NCBI GenBank assembly: GCA_904063045.1
Contig: CAJFCJ010000019.1
Coordinates: 3,723,409-3,787,408 of the forward strand
DNA from: Dimorphilus gyrociliatus
Taxonomy: Eukaryota > Animalia > Annelida
Length of the DNA: 64,000 nucleotides
Direction of reading: 5' to 3'
Under the pieces are notes generated by a model. That model worked only from the letters and a program-made list of their open reading frames with translations, was not told where the DNA came from and searched no databases. Position numbers and translations under genes: made by a program. This document shows positions 54,501 through 64,000 of this stretch, piece by piece; position 1 is the first letter of the stretch, and the number at the start of each line of letters is the position of its first letter.

Positions 54501-57500
54501 GCGAAAGAGGCAATTCCTTCGTGATATTGAAGATGAGAAACAGTGGATATTGGAACGCTCACCGCTGGCTAATAGTGCGGATGTAGGAAATTCTTTGCAG
54601 TCTGTCCAAATGCTAGAACGCAAAAATCAATCATTACAGAATGACATTGATTCTCACCATCCTCATATGAAATCAGTCTGTGAAATTGGTCATATGTTAA
54701 TTGACGAAATGCCGGAAGGAGATTCTCAACGTGAACTATTTGCATCCAATATTGATGAAGTTCAAGCTTTGTGGGAAGACCTAGAGAAAGACGTTGAAGG
54801 ACGAAAGGGTCGATTATCGAAATCTGAAGTTGCACAACAATATCTTTTCGATGCTGCCGAAGCTGAAACTTGGATGTCTGAGCAGGAATTAATTATGATG
54901 TCTGAAGATAAGGCTCATGACGAATTTGCTGCTGAGAATATGCTTAAAAAGCACGACAATGTTGTCGAGATAATTGAAGAGTTCGCCGGAACAGTGCGAA
55001 GTCTGGGTGAAAGAGCTCGAGAATTAATTGAAGATGAACATCCAGATTCTGAAATTGTCGGTCTCCGTCAAAGTCAAGTTGATAAACTGTACGCTTCATT
55101 GAAAGATTTATGTGGTGACAGAAGAGAAAGATTAGATGGCACCTTGAAACTTTATATGTTGCAAAGAGAAATTGATGATCTTTTACAATGGATACACGAA
55201 AGAGAATTGGTTGCAAAGTCAAAGGAGCAGGGACACGACTTGGAGCATGTGACTATGATGATAAATAGATTCCGTGACTTTGCTAGAGATACCGAGCATG
55301 TAGGACAGGAAAGAGTAGCGGAAGCATGTGATACATGTGATGCATTGATCAATGCTGGCCACCACGATGCACCTAAAATAGCCGAATACAAAGATAACGT
55401 CAATGAAGCTTGGGGTGATCTTATTGAGCTCATTGATACCAGAAGCCAGGAACTCAAAGCATCCCTTGCTAGACATAAGTTCCTTCATGATTGCTCTGAT
55501 ACTCTTGAGAGAATTAATGAAAAGAAGGCCGAAATGTCAGATGAACTTGGAAGAGATGCAAAGACTGTTGCTTCTTTGCAGAGACGCCACCAAACTTTCG
55601 AGAATGATCTTATTTCGTTGGGCACCCAAGTTCATCAGATACAAGAAGATGCGGCAAAATTAGTTGTATCATATAGTGGTGATCCCGCTCAGGAGTTGAA
55701 AAATAAAGAAAAAGAAGTATTAGACGCCTGGAATTCTATACAAGAGTCAGCCGCCAAGCGAAAGATGCAATTAGCTGATGCTTCTGATTTGTACAGATTC
55801 TTTAACTTGGTTCGTGATCTACTCTTGTGGACTGAAGATATGATAAGGCAAATGAAGAGCGAAGAAAAACCAAGAGATGTTTCGGGTGTCGAACTTCTGA
55901 TGAATAATCATCAGAGCTTGAAAGTCGAAATTGAAGCTCGTGACGAAAATTTTTCGATTTGTGTCAACTTGGGAAAAGATTTAGTTGCTAGAAGACATCC
56001 TCGTACCGGTGATGTCCGAGACCGTTTGACTGAATTAGCTGAAAGCCGAGGAACCATGATGGATACTTGGGAAGGACGATGGGAACACTTACAACTTATG
56101 TTGGAAGTTTATCAATTTGCAAGAGATGCTACAGTCGCAGAGCAATGGATCGCATCACACGAGCCTTATGTACAATCGTTAGATACAGGCAACACTCTAG
56201 CCTCTGTTGAAGCTATGATCAAGAAGCATGAAGCCTTTGAAAAATCAGCTGCAACTCAAGATGAACGCTTCCTTTGTCTGAAAAATTTAACCACTTTCGA
56301 AGTTAACGAAGCCGAAAAAGAGAATTTCAAACGATCCCATCCCGATCAGGATTACCCACAGAAAACGTCTTCAAAGGAAAAGTATTTGAAGGAATTCGTC
56401 CCCCCTCTGCCCACACCGTCACCGAAACCAGCAGCGATGAAAAAACCACACGAAGAAACAGTTTCGTCTCCTACCTCCGGAGCAATAGTTTCACCCGGAG
56501 CGGGATCTTCACAGCAAGAAGCTGCTGCCCGTCCATCCGAAGGACCTCGACCAGGTATTATTTGCATTTTTCTTAGTTTATTTATTAATTTAGTAACCAT
56601 TATCCGTTATTTGTATTTACACGAAAAATGGGATCGTAGTATTTTTAGTTTGCCATTCCTATTTTTGTATATAACTAAACAGCTTCAAATAGAGAAGTAA
56701 CTTTACCGAAAAGTAGCCCGGAAAAAGCTGAGCGTAAGAATCACTCACTCAGTTTTCTTTTAAGCGAAGCTACATTGTCACAAAATAAGCTCTTGCTAAC
56801 ACTCTTTTGCGTCTAACTTTTTCATTAACCTAGCCGATTTCTTACTTACATCAGACGTCGTAGACATTGCTGCGAAGAGAAGACCAACCAGTGAACCTTA
56901 TCCAACAAAGACTAGCATTGAAGCCCGTCGAAAGCTGCATCAGTCTATGCCTGCGCAAGGTTTCATGCTTACCTTGGCAAATTTATAATTTTGAACATTA
57001 GCCACTTGATCACGATTACTCTGCCGCTTATTTACGATTTAACTCCTATTTGCTTTCTTTACATCGATCATAAAACGATATATTTATCTAATTTTTTTGC
57101 GGTTTCCTAGGAGAAGAAGTTAGCGGAATGCTACAAAGAAAACATGAATGGGAATCGCAGTCCAAGAAATCTACGAACAGGTCTTGGGAAAAATTATACT
57201 GTGTCCTCACAAGCAACAGCCTCAGATGTTTCAAAGATGCAAAACACAGCAAATTAAGAGATGAATTGCCATTAGCGGGAGTAAATGCTGGTGTGGCTGG
57301 TGATTATCATAAAAAGCCACACGTCTTCCGCCTTCGTTTCCCAACTGGCGCCCACTATATCTTTCATTGTAAAGACGATGTATGCAACTTGAATTATATC
57401 TTATGATTTTTGTAAATAACTATCTATTTTCATAGAATGAGAGAGATTCGTGGATCAATAGAATAAACGCAGTGTCCGGTTCGACATCAACACCAACCAG

Positions 57501-57579
57501 GACGCAAACCCTTCCAGCTTCGGGTAGTGCGGAGAAAGAAAGTAAGAAGAAGCTATTCTCTCTCGGTCGCAAGAAGTAA
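48520..57579 (+). CDS. SPTB: Beta-spectrin (conventional; CH1-CH2, spectrin repeats, PH domain)
   Basis: Exons approximately 48520-48661, 48714-48865, 49177-49350, 49694-51277, [51332-51418], 51539-53095, 53629-56554, [56683-56733], [56834-56959], 57111-57379, 57436-57579. Motifs [46 protein letters not shown], the ankyrin-binding repeat region, PH domain RKHEWE...[10 protein letters not shown] and basic C-terminus LFSLGRKK. Confidence 0.97.
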
Positions 57580-59675
57580 ACTAAAGAGAAGAGAAATAAC
57601 TTAGCAAATTGTTTTTTAAGGACATTGTTTTCATTTACGTTTACGATGAGGGAAAAGATGGTTTAAACGAATTGTATATTAGATTAAAAAAAATAGGGCT
57701 GCTTGGAATATGTAAAATTTTTCTTTAGAAGCAAAAGTATAGCGCAGAGAGAGCTGTAAGCATTCAGTTTTAACTGCTCTACACTTGATTTTATACTGCC
57801 GATTTGCCGCCATATATATTTTAAATATTTTTTTTGCGCTTAGGATTTAAAAATTTGGTTCTTAGCTTTTGGAAGGTCGCTTCATTCGGCGTACGTAGCA
57901 ACAGGTGTTTAATAAGTTTACTAATATTGCTTTTCTCGCTTTTTTCCCTTTTTGTAATCGTTTTTTTGTGTATGAGTGCGCTCGTAAAAAATTTCGTACT
58001 TACTAATATTTGAAGAATATCGGCTATTAGTCACGTTCGCTTTTATTGATTGAAGCATTTTTGTTCAAATACAAATTTATTCTATACTGAAAAACTAATT
58101 TATTCTGTAAAACTACAAGAAATATTTCAAAGATTTGTAATAATTTTTGATTATATATTTCAATAAAATGCTGGATTAAGTACTCAAATTTTTAATTTTC
58201 AATTTCTTTTCCTTTCTTGCTATTACAGAAAGAGAAAAAAACATCTTGATGTATATTAATTATACATTAATAGTATAAAGTAATAATTGTCTTTTTTTAC
58301 CATTTATTATCATCGTTAGTTATCGATCTGATTCATTCTATTTATTGAAAAAGACCAGATGTTTATCCTCTTTGTACGGCCTGAAAAAAGTGCCTCAATT
58401 ATTCATTCAAAGAGTACATGTGTAGAAATAATAACTATAAATTATTCTAATTTTTTTTTTTTTGTTTTAGTTTTCTTTTTTGCTCTAGTCATAGCACAAA
58501 TGCGAAGATTTTAGGGCTTGGTTATCTGTTGGACATCTGGAATTAAATAGACCAAAATCCGATAAATCAATTGTTGTAATTCAATCATACATTCCATTCT
58601 CATATGATTTTTTTGTTGTACTTAGGTTAATATTAAATTTGTTTTTTATTGACCATATAAACAGTATATATACGGTTACGCCGAAACCACTTATTTGACA
58701 AAGAATCAACATCTCCTATTCCTTCTTCCTCTTTACAATTTAAATATTAGAAATAATTGCGGTAGATAGCAATTTACTTTTGGAGTTTTTTTTTTCTGAG
58801 GAAAAACGGAACTTATATTTCAAAGAATTTAACGGTTTACTGATCTTATTTATTTTTTTATCTTATTTAATAAGATTAACGTCCTCTTTCAGTATAGGAT
58901 TCCTTTCAAATATCGAAATGTTTTGCGAAATACCCATCCAATTCTGTCCTATTAGGATTAGAGGTTCGTTAGGCTGTGTCTAAAAATAAGATTTTTTCAA
59001 AAGCTTCCTCTCTAATTTTATCATTAACATAGCGTTTATTTTAAACGGAAGCGTCTCTCTTCTGGCATACAATTTTCTGCTGAAAGTTACATTTTAAAGA
59101 ATTTTTTTTTACATAATTTTAATGCTATTCGCAACAGTACGGCTAAAACGACAGAAAAACATTCTCGAGTATTATAAAAAAAAGCTCTTATAGTACTTTT
59201 TATGATTTTATTGCTGTAAAAATAAACTACTACTGATGTGTGATTCTTCTTATCGGAATTTTTTTTGAGGGGAGAGCGAGAGTAAACAATCTAATAGATG
59301 GCAGCACCTCAAAAGAGAAAAATCTATTTTTAGCTATATACAGTAACAATTTACACCTAGTATTATATTACAAGTTGATAACCGCTAGTCGTTTCAGTAG
59401 TTTTCCAATAAACTATTATCATTAATAACTCTTTTTTTACAGTTCTTTTTTTTAACAAGGCCTCGAAATAGGAGTAATAAATTTTCTTGATTTGACATAG
59501 GTTGTCAGAGTTGACCTAGCTAAATATTGTATTTTATTATTGAGAAAATTCTGTAGGATATTAGAGATATTGCATTAGCGCTCTTGTCTCATCCTCTCCG
59601 ATCAAATATTCTCTTCAATTTCCTTTCTAAATACAGACCACCTGATATAAATTCAAATGTAAATATACTAGTATT

Positions 59676-59706
<31 letters not shown>

Positions 59707-60793
59707 AATGAGTATTCGTACTATATTATACAATATATATATATAATTTATGATAATTATTATAAATAAATAAAAAATTTATCTCCATTTTCGTATAAAT
59801 ATATCAAGTTGAATTATTAATTGACAAAAATGAAAAAATTTAACTATTCATCGTTTAACGCAACCCCGATAACCTTTACGTATTAAATTATTTCGACGTT
59901 TCTCCCTTTTATTTCAAAAACAAACAAAATTCAAAAGAAATCGTTAAACTCTTTCTTTTACTTTTTGCTGTTTATATAAATTATATATACATATTTATTT
60001 AAAGATATTTTAGTTTAAATATTTAAAATGAGTCCAAATAAAAAGGTTTCATGATAGAATTTAAAAAAAAAATTAAGAATAGAATGGAAGGAGATGTAAG
60101 TTTCCGGTTCCTCTTTAAAAAAATAAAATTATTTTTTTTTGTCTATTTAGCATTTTAAATTATTTTTAAAAGGTTAATTAATAAGTTTACCATTTTCATG
60201 TTAGGTTTCCCTCTTAAAAATTATTTAATTTCCTTTAAACTTTTATAAAAAAATCATTAATAATTTATTTTATTTATTATTTATACAGGTCACTCTATTT
60301 TTCTTTCGTTCTATCTCTCTATCTATCTATCCATCTGCCTCTCCCTCTCTTCGTCTGTCTCTATACTAGATCGCTGCTGTTTGTTTTTTTTACCTACCGA
60401 TGAGGATGTTACTACTTTCCGTTACTTAGTCATTCTTAAAGTTTTAGTGCGAAGCTTTTCTACTCGATTTCACTTAGAATCTAAATGTTCCATATTCGAA
60501 CAATCTAAAATATTTGTATTATTGTTTTTAAGTAACAGATGGAGCTTGTGTAACGTTTAGCTTCATAAATTTAGCCCTTTTTTTTAAAAGATGCGCCCTC
60601 TATCTGATAATTACTTCAAATTTATTCGTGCCGAATGCCTAATTGTTTTTCCAAAAAAATTGGGACATATCAAAGGCTTCACTAATGATTTTAATCAGAC
60701 TTAATTTACATATTTTATTTTTTATTTTGCTCCTTATTAAAATATAAATCATGCAAAAAATCCAAAAAAATAGCAAAACCGATGAAAAACTGC

Positions 60794-63700
60794 CTAGTTC
60801 ATAAAAAGCGATGAGTTCTTTAAAGAAGATTCCACTTCTCTTATTGAAGCTGTTAGAAGACTGACTTGTTTGTGAAATTCATCCCAATCTTTATTCTCTC
60901 CATAACGAATATCATATAGAGCATCCGATAGCTCAGGTAAACTCGTTGCTCCATATGTATTATATTTACTTGGAGATAGCAGCATGTTCTTCATTAATGG
61001 ACGACCTTGTAGGCCTTGACGAAGGATGAAAAAACGCTCAATTGCCATTAACTTGTCGTTAATTAATCGAATGTTAAGGAATCTGAAGATTAAAACAGTT
61101 TTTTATTAATAATTCAAAGCAAGTTAAAACGAGAAAGAGTTAAAGCTTCTTAAAAGAAAAAAGGAGAGGAAGGTTTGAAAAAAACGAGGAAGCTTTTACC
61201 CGGATTGGCCTTGTTTTCGAAGCTCCATCAATTGAGAATTGAAAGATTCTGTCCTGCTTTTAAACCGAGAGACAACTTTAAGTAGTTCATCTGTACATTT
61301 AGTAAAATGAATAAGAGTTTCATGCTATATCCATATTTATATTACTAGTTGCATTAACAACTTCCGAGTTCATCTCTAATTTGTCCCTTGAGAGATTCTT
61401 AGCAGCAGTGTAAACATTTTCCACATTCCTCGATAATTGATTGGCAAATTCAAAAGGATCGAAAGGTAAAATTGTGGACTCGGATAAGTTTAATACCATG
61501 GTCATCCATACCCTTACGACAGCTTCGTGATAGTAATATTCGGGATCGTAGAGCCTTTCCACAAGATCAACAGTTTCGTAAGCTGTGTGATACAGTGGAT
61601 AGAAGGGAATCGGAAGACTCTAAATGGATTAATAATAGACATTCTTAAATAAATTGCTGTCAGAACGTAGGATAAATGAAAATAAGGAAAATAGAACGTA
61701 CTGGATCGTACATATAGAAAATATCAACAGAAGTAATACCAAGATAATTAATGAATGGTTGATAGTCGCTTCCAGAACCGAGAGGAGAGATGCTATTTTT
61801 TCAATAATTGTAAACAAAGAAAAAGGTCATTAAAACTTTATACTTTTGACATTGAAAAGGAAATATACTAAGGCCTCTTGGCATTGTCCCTATCAGGCAT
61901 ATACTTTTTCCAAGAATCATATACAGTCTTCAAACCATAACCTATTGCTGTCTTATTAGGATTTTCAACCCTCTTTGCAGCTTCCAGTAAAACATTGCTT
62001 ATTAGGCCTGATGATGTGCCTCCTCTTAATGTCGACGTGCCTAAGACAGCTATATCTGTGTTTAAGTACGCTACTGCCCGCGCAGAAATGATATTTGAGA
62101 ATTGCTCAACCCATTCGGTTGAACCAATTAGGCCTTGTTCCTCAGCAGCCCAACTACAAAAGATAATCGTTCTCTTGGGAGACCATCCATCCTTTTTTGC
62201 TTTAGCTAAAATTGCTGAGATTTCTAATAGAGCAGCCGTTCCGCTAGACGGGTCAATAGCTCCGTAGATCCAAGCATCTCTGTGATTACCGACGATAACA
62301 TACCTGTCTATTATGTAAAAATTGCGTTTGAAAGTAATAATTATCATTTCGTTATTTGTTCCTTACCCGTTTCAATACTGCCCTCGAGTATCGCATGAAC
62401 GTTGTAGGTCGTTCGAATTTCTTTCGTAACGTTTACAATAAGCGTCACCTGCCTTTTTTTTATATTATTTCAAACGTTTAAAGAACGTGAGCGGAAAAAA
62501 AGCGACGCCGCCGAAAAAAATCAATAATGAACAAACTTTGTATAATCGTTCGATTTTTCGTAACGATAGTACGCTGAAGCGTCTATATTTTCAAATTCTA
62601 ATCCGTGTTCCCAATCAGACGTTAGATTATACTTCTGAACTGCTTCCTTCTCAAAGCCTCTGTGTATGTGTTTAGGTAGCGTAAAATCTTAATTATCTTT
62701 TATCTAAATGCAATATAGATGTAAAGAATAGATAGAAATTAACACACAAGAAAGGAAAAGGGTGAAAATGGAAGAGCAGGGAAAAAAAGAGAACGAGAAA
62801 GCGGACAATGATATAAAAAGGGATAAATAGAAAAAAGACAAAAGCTCATTTTTGTGCCGCTTTTTAGATTTTAGGTCAAAGCTTTACGTACTGCAATAAA
62901 ATCTCAGCATCTCCATAGCTGATTGGTAAAACTGGAATTTTGACTAGTTGAGCTTCGTCTATGTTAAGTCTGTAGTTAAACGATTCGTCTGTATAGGTAA
63001 AACTACTTATAATACGGCATAGATATATATACAAAACAGAGTATGCAATTTCGTTCTGTTCATCGTTTAAGATAATAAACAGTGTCCAACTTTAGGTTTA
63101 AGATAAATACAATATAAGCCTATTACCCGTTGCCGACCAACCGGGGGTTAGGAGGTCGCCTTCAAGCTTCAGGGAGCCCCTTTGAACGCCGTCAGATGGC
63201 ATTAGTATTCCGTCTGGGTATACCTTGCCGGCAAATTTAGGAGCGTAGTCCTTAGGCGCCGTAAATAAAATTAGACCACTCGCATTCCATCTTTCAGCGG
63301 TTTTAGCCTTAAATTTGTTTAATAAGTAAAAGATAAGCAAGCCAATTACGTAATTTTGCTATAAATTGAGGATAAAGACCTTATCGCCTCGAAATATTTT
63401 TCCGTACTTTGCAACGGCAATTTTCCCTCGGAAATCTACTTTGAATTTGTTTCTTAAATATAGAAAGTCCATTTCCCTCCCATAATTGACGTAAACTAGC
63501 GTTCCAGTAACGTTACCTGAACCAGAAAAAGCATTAAAAGGCCTTACAATATGGTCAGATTGGTTTGATATTCCATCTAACTGTTTTTCCAGCGCACGAC
63601 TGGTCCACCAGGAATTATTTCGTTTTTTAAATCGGACCAAGTTCGTCTCTTCTCGATTCCCCGAGGGAAACGATAGCAAAACCCTATATGGTATTATCTT

Positions 63701-63991
63701 CGCTTCGTAACCCAATTCCTTCCAGAATTTATACAACTTCTCGGCGTTTACTTTATCCTTTTGCGTACCGGCCATATGCGGTTTAGATGCGTAGGATCTA
63801 AGGAAATTTCTTAATCTATCTCTATCGACGGCATTAAGCGTATTCTTTAAGAATGTATCATCTAAATCCTTAATTGATTGCAGAGTAGTTCGATGATAAA
63901 CTGAAGGCGTAAGGTAAAACGCAAGAAGAAACGCTATTAAGAAAATACACATGTTAAAAGCAATAAATTTAAAATAGCTTTTTCTATCCAT
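60794..63991 (-). CDS. FOLH1: Glutamate carboxypeptidase II / PSMA / NAALADase-like type II membrane metallopeptidase (M28B)
   Basis: N-terminal TM anchor, PA domain (VYVNYGREMDF, KYGKIFRGDK, DGVQRGS), Zn ligands GNHRDAW, GAIDPSSG, SWAAEEQGLIGSTEW, YLNTDIAV and YPLYHTAYET, and a TfR-like dimerisation domain. Multiple short introns. The symbol marks the family; orthology to FOLH1 versus NAALAD paralogs is not established. Confidence 0.9.
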
Positions 63992-64000
63992 GTCTCCTCT

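Noticed and set aside
56555-56700. ORF read-through giving beta-spectrin a hydrophobic TM-like tail ([17 protein letters not shown]...)
   Set aside because: It begins exactly at a GT donor and is T-rich intron sequence, which often translates as hydrophobic residues; the proper PH-domain exons follow downstream.
57600-60790. 3.2-kb AT-rich gap between beta-spectrin and the PSMA-like gene searched for a hidden gene or TE
   Set aside because: Only short AT-biased ORFs and TA microsatellites; no terminal repeats, RT/transposase motifs or consistent exon chain.

Overview
AT-rich eukaryotic (invertebrate metazoan) genomic window with very high gene density and many 50-70 nt GT-AG introns. This suggests a compact protostome, probably lophotrochozoan, genome; a miniaturised annelid such as Dimorphilus would fit, but that is inference only. 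I can support 15 protein-coding loci. In order: first exon of a DEG/ENaC channel (-), 3' part of a ryanodine receptor (+), a HES/hairy bHLH-O-WRPW gene (+), a lamin B receptor-like gene (-), Piwi (-), a receptor guanylyl cyclase (-), a NUAK-like kinase (-), a GRDP/DUF1399 protein (+), an SLC46-type MFS transporter (-), an atypical E2/UBC fusion protein (+), queuosine salvage QNG1 (+), ALDH6A1 (-), a taperin/phostensin-like gene (+), beta-spectrin (+) and a PSMA/FOLH1-like M28B peptidase (-). I saw no rRNA, tRNA, CRISPR array or recognisable transposon. Most notable observations: (1) a tandem-duplicated, probably mutually exclusive RyR exon pair covering the ATP-contacting ESKR helix; (2) a DEG/ENaC gene apparently nested antisense in an RyR intron; (3) two probable pseudoenzymes, a receptor guanylyl cyclase that keeps only the metal-binding half of its active site and an LBR with degenerate NADPH-binding residues and no Tudor domain; (4) Notch-type regulatory logic around HES (Su(H) sites, class C self-repression sites, a perfect K-box miR-2 site); (5) an intronless non-canonical E2 fusion that may be horizontally acquired; (6) a cassette-like exon inside a beta-spectrin repeat. 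Exon boundaries were read by eye. Family assignments and reference residue numbers come from remembered motifs, not database searches.
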